Assembly (NCBI GenBank): GCA_964016885.1
Contig: OZ024758.1
Location: 13,888,001 to 13,952,000 of the forward strand
Source of the DNA: Eledone cirrhosa
Lineage: Eukaryota
Reading direction: 5' to 3'
DNA length: 64,000 nt
Each line of letters opens with the position of its first letter. The stretch's first letter is position 1. Positions 1 through 12,744 of the stretch are shown piece by piece. Made by a program: the position numbers and the translations under genes. The notes under the pieces were generated by a model, which was not told the origin of the DNA, did not search any database, and was given only the letters and a program-made list of their open reading frames with translations.

Positions 1-74
1 TAATTATATAAGATAAAGCCTTTACTGTGAAAATACAATAGTATATATAGAGTAATGTGAATGCTAAAGGGTTA
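1..74 (-). mobile_element. piggyBac-like MITE, terminal fragment (same family as 13712-13989)
   Basis: Ends ...AATGCTAAAGGG-TTAA. It is the reverse complement of the left end of the 13.7 kb and 62.4 kb copies. Confidence 0.75.
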
Positions 75-422
75 ATGAAATGAAGATGTTTCACCAATGT
101 AAACTTCCAATTCTGGGAACTAAATCAGCACCAAAAGACAGGAGACATTACCATTTTTATAAACATCTCTAGGATCTTTAATAATAAACAACAGACTCTT
201 TACTAACGTTGTAATAATAATCTCTCTGTTTAGTTTTATATATCTTTAATTTTTTGTCATCCATTTATTCATCCTTTGGGCAAATATATTTATTATCATT
301 TTTAAGCTATACACTATCAGTTTCAGTTCCTTCTTAACCTAAACTTAAACCTGCAATTCATTACCTACGACTTCTTTCACATATCTTTTACCTTTTCCCT
401 GATTATAACAGAATAATAGTAA

Positions 423-616
423 TAATTGTTTCTACTTTTGGCACAAGGCCAGCAATTACCCAGTGCATTACTGGTACTTTATTTTATCACACCCCCCCCC
501 CATAAGAATGAAAGACAAGTTAACCTCGGCGGGATTTGAATTCAGAATGTAAAGGGCCATATCTCCTATGCTTCAAAGCATGGTGTCTGATGCTTTACCA
601 ATACTGCCAAACTGCC
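423..616 (-). mobile_element. tRNA-derived SINE with Meta-like central domain (family M)
   Basis: Reverse complement of the family consensus (GAGTTCAAATCCC B-box ... GAGGTTAACTTTGCCTTTCATCCTTACGGGGTCGATAAAATAAAGTACCAG ... GCTGGCCTTGTGCCTAAAGTAGAAAC). Confidence 0.8.
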
Positions 617-1295
617 AAAGATCCAGAATAAATACCCCCAAGACATTTTGACCAAAACTGCAATGTTTCTGTTGGAGCTGTGTAATTTTCTTCAGTGAAC
701 ACAGCACCTAAAGATCCAGAATAAATACCCACAAGACATTTTCTTCAATACTTCATGCTAGCATGGAAAATGGACGTTAAATGATGATGAAGATGACTAC
801 AATATTTTTGCCTGAGCTGTGTAACTTTCTTCAGTGTACACAGTACCTAAAGATTTACAATATATATCTCCAACATTCCAATATTTCTGCCGGAGCTGTG
901 TAACTTTCTTCAGTTAATTTATACTTAATGTTTACAACTAGGTACAAATATAATACTGGCATTATTTCACTGTTGTTTGTTGTTTCAGCTTCTTTCCTAT
1001 AATATTCTATTCAGACATTTTTTGCATTCCTATGTTTCATTGTTTTGGCTGTTTCATAGAACTGTACATAGTTGACCTTTTAGATAATGACCTAGCAGAG
1101 CCCTGTCTTAGGTTCTAAATTGTTTATAATTTCAACCCTTCCATCATAAATTCATAAGAAAGAAAGCTTTTGTTAAGTTATGTTTCAAGTCCCAATTTAG
1201 TTATTTTACTCAGTCCCTCCCTCCAAAGCCTGTCTGGTCACCTGACAACATATATATGAAAAGAGGAGTTACAAATACTCTCACTCATCTCTCTC

Positions 1296-1331
<36 letters not shown>

Positions 1332-1680
1332 ATCACATCTCTATTTCTTCCTATCTCTTCCACTCTCCCTCTTCCATCTATATCCCTTTCTTTCCCTCCC
1401 ATCTTACTCTTTTTCTCCCATCTCTCTCTCTCTCTCTCTCTCTCACACAACAAAAGTCTCTCTGGAGGTGCCAAATGCTACCACGATCTTACCTAGACCA
1501 GCTTGTTGCGCCCACTTCTCTTCTTCAAATCTCCACCACCGCTACCACCACCGTCCGTCAGCACTACCACTGCTTTACCTCCACCACCGCCACCAGCACT
1601 ACCAAGATTTTACTTTCTCTGCCACCACTACCACTATCACTGTTTTACCTCATAATGGTTAAAGTCACTCTCACCTCATA

Positions 1681-1868
1681 ATTGTTTCTACTTTAGGCAC
1701 AAGGCCAGTAATTACCCAGTGCATTACTGGTACTTTATTTTATCGACCCCGTAAGGATGAAAGGCAAAGTCAACCTCGGCGGGATTTGAACTCAGATCGT
1801 AAAGAGACGTAACTATGCTGGAAAGCATGGCGTCCGACCCTCTACTGATACTGCCAATCCACCACCCA
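1681..1868 (-). mobile_element. Family M SINE, full length with target-site duplication
   Basis: Complete consensus match, flanked by the direct repeat CACTCTCACCTCATAAT (about 1666-1682 and 1872-1888). Confidence 0.9.
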
Positions 1869-1914
1869 ATCCACTCTCACCTCATAATGGCCAGTAAATA
1901 CTACAGATGTTACA

Positions 1915-2072
1915 CTTTGACTCTTGTATACTCTCACCTATTTCTTTTGATATTATTTATTTTGAGAACAATACCTTAACGCCAGTATGGGTGGCCGGTT
2001 ACGACCAGTTTGAACAGAGAGAGGTGAGAGAATTCTGGCCAGATATGGCTGGTTTAAATGCTAAAGGGTTAA
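1915..2072 (+). mobile_element. piggyBac-like MITE, right part
   Basis: Ends GGTTTAAATGCTAAAGGG-TTAA and is homologous to 3390-3502, 8710-8850 (-) and 13890-13989. Confidence 0.75.
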
Positions 2073-2444
2073 GGCTGGAACAACACATCTGATTATGGGT
2101 TTGTCTGCTGAACAGTAATGGTAGCAGCAACAATAATAATCATTACTTTGTTAGAAAATGTTTATTCAGATATTTGTTCACAGTTGAGCGAGCACGTGAC
2201 AGGTATTGTAGACTTAAAGGTATTCTAAAGAGTCTTGCTAGCCTACTTCCTCATCATATATTTACATTAACATAAGTTTTAGCCTGAAACACAACAAGAA
2301 TAATTATGTTTGCATCGATATAATTAGATTATATAATAGGCTTTTACAACTCAGAAAAATGAAAGATTTGATTGGTGGTGAGGAGTTATAGTTATTTCTT
2401 GTAGTTCTTCTTTTTCTTTTGCTTTTTGTTCTTTTTCTTCTATT

Positions 2445-2760
2445 TCTTCTTCTTCTTCTTCTTCACCCACTTATTCCTAAGAGGATCGTAGGGGAAGAGT
2501 CCTGAAACACTCCTTCCAGTGGGTCATGTCAGAAGCAAACATCTCCAACTGATCCCCAAATGAGACCAGCCAAGCTCATGTATGTTATCCAACCATCTTG
2601 CTCAGGGTCTACCCCTGGGTCTCCTGCCGGTTGGTTTTGCCCATAAAATCTGTCCAGTGATTCTTTCCTGAGACATTCTAACCAGAGCTGTGATCTCTCA
2701 ATTCAGAGAAGTAGAGGCTCTACCTGGAGATTCTTTCCCGAGACATTCTAACCACATCCT
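2445..2760 (-). mobile_element. RTE-clade LINE 3' end fragment (degenerate)
   Basis: The minus strand encodes RMSQERITGQILWAKPTGRRPRGRP*ARWLDNI...HWKECFRTLP, a typical RTE ORF C-terminus (G-R-R-P-R-G-R-P...W), followed by a (GAA)n tail. A paralog lies at 38880-39190. Confidence 0.75.
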
Positions 2761-3110
2761 TGCAGTTATTGACAAAGATAATCTAAGTTAGCTTTTTTGT
2801 AATGTATTTTAAGCTCACATAAGATATTCTGTTATCACTTTATCAATCGTATGTCTGGTGATTAAATTTAGTTTTCGGTAGATGAGACAGAAATTTATCT
2901 TCAGCTAAAGACTGATACTAGATTTTTGTAAATAACTTTTCTAGAATATCTTTACCATTTATTTCCCACAGTCATACTTGCTGTAGATATGGTATTTAAC
3001 TCTTTCAGTGCCATATTTCTATTGTAAAACCCTGATTGTTATTTTTCAAATAATTTTGCAAATAATCAAGAATTTGGAGGGATCTAGTAATGTAACTAAT
3101 TTTCTCATTA

Positions 3111-3502
3111 TTAACCCTTTTTACATTTACATTACTTTATTTATACTATTGTATTTTCATGGTAAAGGATTTATCTCACATAATGTCAAATCTATGAGAT
3201 TTTGATGTTATTTATTTTGTTATTTATTCCTGGACTGGGTGATGCATTATGTCCTTGAGCAAGACACTTTATTTCTCGTTGCTCCTTCTACCTGGAGTTG
3301 CGACCGATAGATAGTACTAACAACTGGAAAGACCGCCGGAAACATTGTTTCCTCGGTTCGATTTGACGAAAATCGATCGATCCTTTTTATTTTGAGAAGA
3401 ATACCTTAACATCAGTATGAGTGGCCAGTTACAGCCTTTTTGAACAGAAAGAGGTGAGAGAATTCTGGCCAGATATGGCCGGTTTAAAAGCTAAGGGGTT
3501 AA
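3111..3502 (+). mobile_element. piggyBac-like MITE interrupted by a CORE-type SINE fragment (about 3228-3380)
   Basis: TTAA-CCCTTT start and GCTAAGGGG-TTAA end. An internal GTCCTTGAGCAAGACACTT CORE-like segment interrupts it. Confidence 0.7.
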
Positions 3503-3731
3503 AGATGGTATTTGAGCATAGTACCACGGAGTGCTGTCTTCTGCATGACCTGTAACCGTCCATCAATTCCCATTCTATTTACACAGTCCTCAAAACTGCC
3601 CAACATTCATCCCACTGCTCCGATCACCTCTGGAATCATTAAAACCCTCTTCATCCTCCCCACAACTTCCCAACCTCTTCCTTCAGTAGTTTATACTTCT
3701 TCATCTTTTCAAGCTCTTTAACCATATGTAA

Positions 3732-4185
3732 TAATTGTTGCTGCTTTTGGCACAAGGCCAGCAATTATCCCAGTGTATTACTGGTACTTTATTTTATCGA
3801 CCCCGTAAGGATGAAAGGCAAAGCTAACCTCGGCGGGATTTGATGTGATAATTGTTGCTGCTTTTGGCACAAGGCCAGCAATTATCCCAGTGTATTACTG
3901 GTACTTTATTTTATCGACCCCGTAAGGATGAAAGGCAAAGTTAACCTCGACGGGATTTGATGTAATAATTGTCTCTGATTCAGGCACTGGGCCAACAATT
4001 TTAAGGGAGGGAAAAGTTGATTAAATCAACCCCAGTGTATTGTTGGTACTTTATTTTATTGACCTCATAAGGATGAAAGGTTAAGCTTACCCTCGGTGGG
4101 ATTTGAACTCAGACCTTAAAGTGCCATAACTCTATGCTACAAAACATAGCGTCCAACGATCAACCAATTCTGCAAATCCACGTCC
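3732..4185 (-). mobile_element. Family M SINE with tandemly repeated 3' body (3 units)
   Basis: Two near-identical ~117-bp body copies plus one copy carrying the tRNA-like head. Confidence 0.8.
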
Positions 4186-4452
4186 CTTAACCATATTCAA
4201 TAATAGAGCAAACAAGCTGAAAGTGAGCCAATAATAAAGCTTATAGGTAGTCATTCAACTTGCTAGAAACAGCAACCAAATCTCATACATGCGATACTGC
4301 TTGAAACAAAAACACAACAGCAAATGACTGGAAAATAAAGAAAATGAAACACTTTAACACTACTTGACTTCATCTTTTAGAGGCTAACTTCTTAACTTGA
4401 CCTCTAGTTCATGTGTGAGTGAGTGGAGGGTTAACTCATAACAACAAAAGGG

Positions 4453-4488
4453 TCTTAACGTTTCGGACGCTAGTCCTTCATCAGAAGA
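4453..4488 (-). ncRNA. Minimal type I hammerhead ribozyme motif (family A)
   Basis: Minus strand reads UCUU-CUGAUGA-A-GGAC-uagc-GUCC-GAA-ACGU-U-AAGA. It has a 4-bp stem I, a 4-bp stem II, a palindromic ACGU helix-III region and a GUU cleavage triplet. Confidence 0.8.
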
Positions 4489-4558
4489 AAGAATGAGAAA
4501 GATTGAAGGGACAGGCAGGGCGGAATCGGAAAAACATATATATACATACATACATACA

Positions 4559-4589
<31 letters not shown>

Positions 4590-4698
4590 ATTTATATATA
4601 TATATACATATATACATACATATATACATACATATATAAAATATTTAAAAAATAATGAATAAAACAAAGAAACAGTTCCTTATATTAAACAAAAAAAG

Positions 4699-4841
4699 TT
4701 CATTATTTAACGATCGTTTCTAGGACATATATGTGTTAGAATTGGCATGCATATTCAAAAGATCTATGTACAAAGTTATACAAACTATCAAGGAGAATAT
4801 ACATACCATCACATATATATGCTGTCTTCAGAAATAATGAA
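4699..4841 (-). ncRNA. Type I hammerhead ribozyme motif with ~100-nt stem II (family B)
   Basis: Minus strand reads UUCAUUAUUU-CUGAAGA-[104 nt fold-back]-GAAA-CGAUCG-UU-AAAUAAUGAA. Stem I is a perfect 10 bp and the loop CGAUCG is palindromic. Confidence 0.75.
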
Positions 4842-4959
4842 GTATATCTTTCACCGAAAGTGATTTTTGAATGCATCTCTTCTTTCCATGATATCCGGAT
4901 TACATTGAGTTCTTCATACGGATTGGACACTACCGTAAACTTTTGGTAGATTTATCTAC

Positions 4960-5640
4960 ATACATATATATATATTTATATATATATACATACACATATA
5001 TATATATATATTTATATATATATACATACATACATATATATATATATTTATATATATATACATACATACATATATATATATATTTATATACATATATATA
5101 CATACATATATATATATACATACATACATATATATATATTTATATACATATATATACACACACACATCTATCCCATATCTCTAATTAATACATTTGTTTA
5201 TCAAACTCTAAGCTAAAACAGAAATTAATTGATACCTTATATATATATACATACATACATACATATATATACATACATACATATATATATATATTTATAT
5301 ACATACATATATATATATACATACATATATATATATTTATATACATATATATATATACACACACACACATCTATCCCATATCTCTAATTAATACATTTGT
5401 TTATCAAACTCTAAGCTAAAACAGAAATTAATTGATACCTTATATATATATACATACATACATATATATATACATACATATATATATATATTTATATACA
5501 TACATATATATATATACATACATATATATATATTTATATACATATATATATATACACACACACACATCTATCCCATATCTCTAATTAATACATTTGTTTA
5601 TCAAACTCTAAGCTAAAACAGAAATTAATTGATACCTTAG
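4960..5640. repeat. Three tandem ~220-bp copies of (TA/CA)n plus a unique ~70-bp block
   Basis: CATCTATCCCATATCTCTAATTAATACATTTG...GATACCTTA recurs at about 5165, 5367 and 5565. Confidence 0.9.
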
Positions 5641-5978
5641 CTTAACCCCCACACACACACACACACACACACACACCCCACCCCCCACACCACACCCCCC
5701 ACACCCGGTATTATTACCTGGGTAAGTTACAGTGACAACTATTGTTAGCGAAATATGATAAATAAACTGAATGTGAAATACAATTTTCTATATTTAATCA
5801 AAGATAAGTTCTAATATCATATTAACCAAAGTAAAAATATGCACTGTTGTTTTGAAAACATAATCTCAGTCAAAGGTTGATTCTGAATTTCTCTATTCTT
5901 TATATTGAAGCAGTACTAAGGCACACACACACATATATATATATATATATACACACTCATATACACACACACACACAC

Positions 5979-6047
<69 letters not shown>

Positions 6048-6348
6048 AACATACACATGCACTCATACACACACACATACACTCATACAAACACACACAA
6101 CAAGCAGATGTAGGTTTATGTGTGCACATACTTAGATAGATACAGTCACACTTACATACATACATATGTATTTAAATATATATATATATATATGTGTATA
6201 CATATATGTGTATATATATATATATTTATACATATTTATATACATACATATTTATATATGTATATATGTATATATATATATATACATATTTATATACATA
6301 TTTATATATATATATGTATATATATATATACATATTTATATACATATT

Positions 6349-6380
<32 letters not shown>

Positions 6381-6730
6381 CATATAAACATACATACATA
6401 CGTACACACAGACACAAACATACGTACACACAGACACAAACACACACACATACATAAACACACATATACCAGTATTTAAATATCTATAGCTTCATACAAT
6501 TTGCTCAAGAAAATAAATTTTATATAACAATTTAATCCATTTTATTTAAAATTTTATTTAAAATTTTATTTAAAATTTGAAATATTGTTTGTAGTTTGTT
6601 GTTTCTTATTGAAATGTTTGTGTTTTAATTACAATAAAATATGTTTAATTGTGGGAGAATGTTGTGTCTTGTAGCTGAAATAGTTTGTCATTTTAGACAT
6701 TAACCTTGTGTGTATATGTAAGTGTGTGTA

Positions 6731-6782
<52 letters not shown>

Positions 6783-6836
6783 ATACTCTGCTCTATGAGA
6801 GATTACCACATACGGATGCTTTAAGCATACAACACC

Positions 6837-6874
<38 letters not shown>

Positions 6875-6921
6875 GTGTCTGTGTGTGTGTGTATATATAT
6901 GTGTGCATATATATATATATA

Positions 6922-6966
<45 letters not shown>

Positions 6967-7003
6967 ATATGTGTGTCTCTGTGTGTCTATATGTGTATAT
7001 ATT

Positions 7004-7034
<31 letters not shown>

Positions 7035-7141
7035 GTGTATATATTTGTGTGTGTATATATATATATATATATGTGTGTGTCTATATGTGTATATATTTGT
7101 GTGTATATATATATATATATGTATATTTGTGTGTCTGTGTG

Positions 7142-7185
<44 letters not shown>

Positions 7186-7200
7186 GATATATATATTATA

Positions 7201-7261
7201 AAGAGTCAGGACCCGACAGCTGAGCTGTTGAAACAGCAAGAGCTCAGCTGTCGGGACTCTT

Positions 7262-7266
<5 letters not shown>
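7201..7266 (+). mobile_element. Tiny fold-back remnant of hammerhead family I (3' half only) in a (TA)n tract
   Basis: GAAA-CAGC-aagagctca-GCTG-TC-GGGA, with inverted arms CCCGACAGCTGAGCT/AGCTCAGCTGTCGGG. Similar to 61058-61174. Confidence 0.6.
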
Positions 7267-7307
<41 letters not shown>

Positions 7308-8070
7308 GTACGTATACACACATATATATATATATGTGGATGTTAAACGATGATGATGTACATATATACATAAACACACACACACACACATATATATATA
7401 AATGGCAATATATATGTATATATATATATATACATACACATACACACATAGAGAGAGAACTTTCACTCGCCTACAGAATTATTTCTCTCTCTCCCTCTCT
7501 CTGCTCCCCCTCCTCCCCTCCCCTCTCTCTGCTCTCCCTGCTACCCCCTCCTCCCCATCTTCCCCCTACTCCCCATCTTCCTCTTCCATTTCTCTCATTT
7601 TCTGTCTAATCGGCAAGAAATATTATAATGAAATTTTTAATGAAAAACTCAGCACAAACAACATTTAAAAATAGTAACACATTTATCAATAAATGGAATT
7701 ATGAGTGATAATTTTTCTCTTTATGGCAGCAGCAGTGTTTAAGGTGGGAGGGATGATGTAGCAGGGAAGAAGGGTCGGTAGAAGCTTAAGAGAGATATCT
7801 TGTAATGTCATAACGTGAAGGAAAATAGTTTAAATAATCACTCTGTAAGCTTACTTGCATATTCAAATCAACTGTGTGCATGTGTGTGTGTATGTGAGTG
7901 TGTATGTGAGTGTGTGTGTGTGTGTGTGAGTGTTTATGCACACATACTTGGTTTCTTACGTATGAGTAATTCTGTTTTTCTTAAATTTAAGTATATCATC
8001 ATCATCAACAACATTTAATAGTTATTTTCCCTGGTAGCTTTATATATACATACATACACAAAAACATATA

Positions 8071-8183
<113 letters not shown>

Positions 8184-8339
8184 ACGCGCGCGCGATTTTG
8201 CAATTTTGGATAAATCTTTTTTTTTTTTTTTGTTCCGTTTTAGTCAGAAAATATATCTATAGAGATTGGAAATATCTGAACGCAATGAAATTTGTTGCAC
8301 TTAGATTACTGTACTTCCTTCTCCCTCCATTTTATGATA

Positions 8340-8381
<42 letters not shown>

Positions 8382-8709
8382 ATATATATGTTATAGAATA
8401 CTATTAGCTTCTCGCTAAAACAATTTCTATACCTCTCATTTATATATATATATATATATATAGTTCCATGTGGAACATAAATAAATGATATAATATGTGT
8501 ATATATATATTATATATTATGTAATAAATAACTGTTAAGTTTCAGAAAGTCGGTACAATGTTTTAGAAATATATTAAGGGCAAAAGATGACATTAAACAA
8601 AGCAAAGTAATGTTTTACCCAGTATATTTTAACATATTTTGGGGTTATTACCCCCTTTTCAAATGTAAAACGAAAGCAGTTCAAAACAAACACACACACA
8701 CATACCAGT

Positions 8710-8850
8710 ATTAACCCTTTCGCATTTAAACTGGCCGTATCCAACCAGAATTCTCTCACCTCTTTCTGTTCAAACTGGCTGTAACCGACCACTCATACTT
8801 ATGTTAAGGTATTGTTCTCAAAATAAATAATATCAAAATCTAATAGATTT
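8710..8850 (-). mobile_element. piggyBac-like MITE fragment
   Basis: TTAA-CCCTTTCGCATTTAAACTGGCC..., the reverse complement of the right end of the family. Confidence 0.7.
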
Positions 8851-8980
8851 GATATTCATTATCTATAGAGTTCATTGTATTATTCAGTTGTTATCGAACT
8901 ACAACAGTTGCTTATGGACAACAACAACAACAACAACAACACAGTGGTTTCTCTCTTCCCGCCTTTCTCGTCTCTGCACC

Positions 8981-9011
<31 letters not shown>

Positions 9012-9543
9012 CATTCAAACTAGATCTTTTCTTTGAATATAGATGCACTGCTTTCTACTGGAGGCCACTCCTGAGTCATTGATCAGTTCCTCCCTTTCTC
9101 CTACTTTACTAGAAACCCTTACAAAGGTCAGAGAGGGGAGGGGGGGGGGGGGTCAAGGACTGCCCCTTTGCTCTTCTGATTAAGTGCCATGAAAATAAAA
9201 AAAAATAAAGATGTAAATTACCATGTTATAATTTCAGTATGTAATTCTTATCTGGCAGAGAGAAGTGTGGTTTGATTCTTGGGTTTGGCTCCCTGTACCT
9301 TATCTAACCTATTACTTTTAATCTTGATGTCCTCAATTTCTAAAGAATTTAACATATTTATCTCCAAACGGTTCTCGTGTACTTGATGGCATACATTAAG
9401 AATATTATGAGTCTGTGATGAGGCATAATGATATTTACCATAAAATTATCAGCCGATATACTAGCCACAAAAATATTCACTAGATTATATATGTATGTAT
9501 GTATGTAATGTAGTGTATGTATGTATATGCATGTGTGTCTGTG

Positions 9544-9580
<37 letters not shown>

Positions 9581-9790
9581 GTGTATGTGTGTATGTATAT
9601 GTATATATGTGTGTGTGCATGTATATGTATGTGTGCATGTATATGTGTGTACATGTATATATATATATATATATATGCATGTATATGTATATATATGTGT
9701 ATGTATATGTATATATATGTGTATGTATATGTGCATATATGTGTATGTATATGTGCATATATATGTATGTATATATATATGTATATGTGC

Positions 9791-9824
<34 letters not shown>

Positions 9825-9937
9825 GTGCATGTATATATATATGTATATATATATATGTGCATGTATATATATATGCATATATATATATATGTGCATGTAT
9901 ATATAAATGTGCATATATATATATATATCTGTGTGCA

Positions 9938-9968
<31 letters not shown>

Positions 9969-10289
9969 GTACATGTATATATGTAGAAGCATGATGCTAT
10001 CTGTATTGTCACTCAAGTCAACAATTGTACCACTATATGGTTGTTCTATGTGCTAGAAATAGCAGCTAAGTTTCCTGTGGTATCATAAAAAAAGGGGAGG
10101 AAAAACAATGATCATCATAAAGGGATGTAACTATATGTCACAACGCAATGAATCTTAGATGTTCCGTTCTTGGAGTTTTATTTTTCGCTCTAACATTGTA
10201 GATATGTAAAATATATTCAATAGAACAAAACAATGGTGGGGGTGATCTAAAAAACATGATCTAATGAGGCTGTTTGCTTGCAAACAAAT

Positions 10290-10490
10290 CCATCAGACAC
10301 CTTGCTTTGCGGCACAGAGTTACAGCCCTTTGCGTTCTGTGTTCAAATCCCGCTGGGGTTAGCTTTTCCTTTCATCCTTACGGGGTTGATAAAATAGAGT
10401 ACCAGTAATGCACTGGGGGGTCGATTTAATTGACCCCCACCCCCACCCCCGCCCAAAAGAATTGTTGGCCTTGTGCCTAAATCAGAAACT
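10290..10490 (+). mobile_element. Family M SINE (diverged)
   Basis: GTTCAAATCCCGC...CCTTTCATCCTTACGGGGTTGATAAAATAGAGTACCAG...GGCCTTGTGCCTAAA. Confidence 0.75.
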
Positions 10491-10590
10491 ATTATTATTT
10501 GATATAAAACTCAGGAATATATTGTTCCATTCCTGTTTTATTTTTATTTATTTAATGTACCTCATGGCAGTAACCTACTACCATTTACTA

Positions 10591-11412
10591 CAGGCATAGG
10601 GAAGCTTTTTTGAGAATCAGGCCACATGAGATATGGCTCATTATCAGGTGGGCCACATGAGATATGGCTCATCATCAGGTGGGCCACATGAAATATGGCT
10701 GATCATCAGGTGGGCCACATGAGATATGGCTGATCATCAGGTGGGCCACATGAGATATGGCTGATCATCAGGTGGGTCACATGAAATATGGCTGATCATC
10801 AGGTGGGCCACATGAGATATGGCTGATCATCAGGTGGGCCACATGAGATATGGCTGATCATCAGGTGGGCCACATGAGATATGGCTGATCATCAGGTGGG
10901 CCACATGAGATATGGCTGATCATCAGGTGGGCCACATGAGATATGGCTGATCATCAGGTGGGCCACATGAGATATGGCTCATCATCAGGTGGGCCACATG
11001 AGATATGGCTCATCATCAGGTGGGCCACATGAGATATGGCTCATCATCAGGTGGGCCACATGAGATATGGCTGATCATCAGGTGGGCCACATGAAATATG
11101 GCTGATCATCAGGTGGGCCACATGAGATATGGCTGATCATCAGGTGGGCCACATGAGATATGGCTCATCATCAGGTGGGCCGCAAGCGCTAATTTACACT
11201 CGTGCCCACATTAAAAAAAAAGGCCGGTAACTCAGGTTGTTTTGATTTGTTTCTTCAGAATTAGTACACGTTTGTTTTCCTCGATCGTAAAAATGATAGA
11301 AAGATAAATTACGACTGAAAAGTTGGGGGTAAAAAAAATCAGAAAGATTTCACTTAGGTGACTTAGGCGAGCCATTCAGAAAGCTTCGCGGGCCACAGGT
11401 TGCCCATGACTG
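10591..11412. mobile_element. hAT (Charlie-like) MITE containing a 31-bp minisatellite
   Basis: Imperfect TIRs CAGGCATAGGGAAGC / GGTTGCCCATGACTG and an 8-bp TSD ATTTACTA / ACTTACTA. Confidence 0.75.
10621..11180. repeat. 31-bp minisatellite, about 18 copies
   Basis: Unit GGCCACATGAGATATGGCTGATCATCAGGTG. Confidence 0.95.
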
Positions 11413-12000
11413 ACTTACTACATACATAGGACCCGTCCCACCCTTGCAAGCAGGGAAAAGCAGACGTAAAATGATGATGATGATGATAGCAGATGCGTAA
11501 AATATATTCGCTAGAACAAAGGATGCCGATGGTCATTTATAAAATGTAGCATAATGAGGCTGTTTTCTGGCAAATGAATTTATATAGAACTCCCGCTTAT
11601 ATTCTTCCATTCCTGGTTTTTTTTCTATTTATTTAATGTACCTCATGGCAGTAACCTACTACCATTTGCTACATCACTAAAAACATCTCCCATTTATTAC
11701 TACAGAAATTGGATAACTTGAAAACCTCTCTAAAAACTGACACCATAATTGGCTGATTGTAATGATGAGTTTATCTTCTCTACATATTTTACAGACATTT
11801 TGTCTGTTGTATTAGTTTACCACTTGTTGAAGGGGGAGTGAGCAGGGGAAGAAGGAAAAGGGGGGTAAACAATACTTCTTCTCCTGTCCCTTCATTGATA
11901 ATCAGCCTTGACATTTTCTATTTTTTCTGTCATATCCTCTTTCCCTAAATAGATAAAGCTACTTCTAAATGGGTCAGGTCAGAATCTGTCTATTTAAATA

Positions 12001-12063
<63 letters not shown>

Positions 12064-12314
12064 ACACAGGATGGCAAAATACTGTTTTGAAATATTTTCT
12101 AAAGCTTTTAGTTTATGGCTTTGAAAGACTTTAACCCTTTTGTGGTATTATTTCTAATGAAAATACACTCTGCATATATTTCTTTTAATAATTTGGTAAA
12201 TAATCAAGGATTTGGAACTATTTAGTGATATATTTTTGTTGTAATAATTACATAAAGCTATAATGGAATGTACTAATTCCAATACAAACTCTTTAAAATG
12301 ATTAGTTTTTTATG

Positions 12315-12463
12315 ATAGAGTGAGGGGTAGTCTTAGAGATAGGTCTTGTCTCATAGAGTGAGGGGTAGTCTTAAAGATAGGTCTTGTCTCGTAGAGTGAG
12401 GGGTAGTCTTAGAGATAAGTCTTGTCTCGTAGGGTGAGGGGTAGTGTTAGAGATAGGTTTTGT
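12315..12463. repeat. 38-bp tandem repeat, about 4 copies
   Basis: Unit TAGAGTGAGGGGTAGTCTTAGAGATAGGTCTTGTCTCR. Confidence 0.9.
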
Positions 12464-12481
12464 ATCACTGTCAGGAGCAGT

Positions 12482-12669
12482 CTATATTTGTTGTGACCCT
12501 GCTATATTTGTTGTGACCCTGCTATATTTGTTGTGACCCTACTATATGTGTTGTGACCCTGCTATATTTGTTGTGACCCTACTATATGTGTTGTGACCCT
12601 ACTATATGTGTTGTGACCCTGCTATATGTGTTGTGACCCTACTATATGTGTTGTGACCTTGCTATATTT
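12482..12669. repeat. 20-bp tandem repeat, about 9 copies
   Basis: Unit RCTATATKTGTTGTGACCCT. Confidence 0.95.
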
Positions 12670-12697
12670 ACCTTGTAAATTTTCTTCGTCTTTTCAG

Positions 12698-12744
12698 GTT
12701 CCTTATCACATGATGTAATGAAAAACCTTGACCAGCTTAGAAAT
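12698..12744 (+). CDS. Candidate 47-bp internal coding exon, (G)SLSHDVMKNLDQLRN; host gene unidentified
   Basis: Strong acceptor TTTTCTTCGTCTTTTCAG| and donor |GTAAGT in non-repetitive sequence. Only one frame is open (phase 1 in, phase 0 out). No homology was recognised. Confidence 0.5.

Noticed and set aside
10621-11180. CRISPR-like or hammerhead-like look of the 31-bp array (CUGAUGA plus a small hairpin on the minus strand)
   Set aside because: There are no unique spacers, and no GAAA...UH follows the hairpin.
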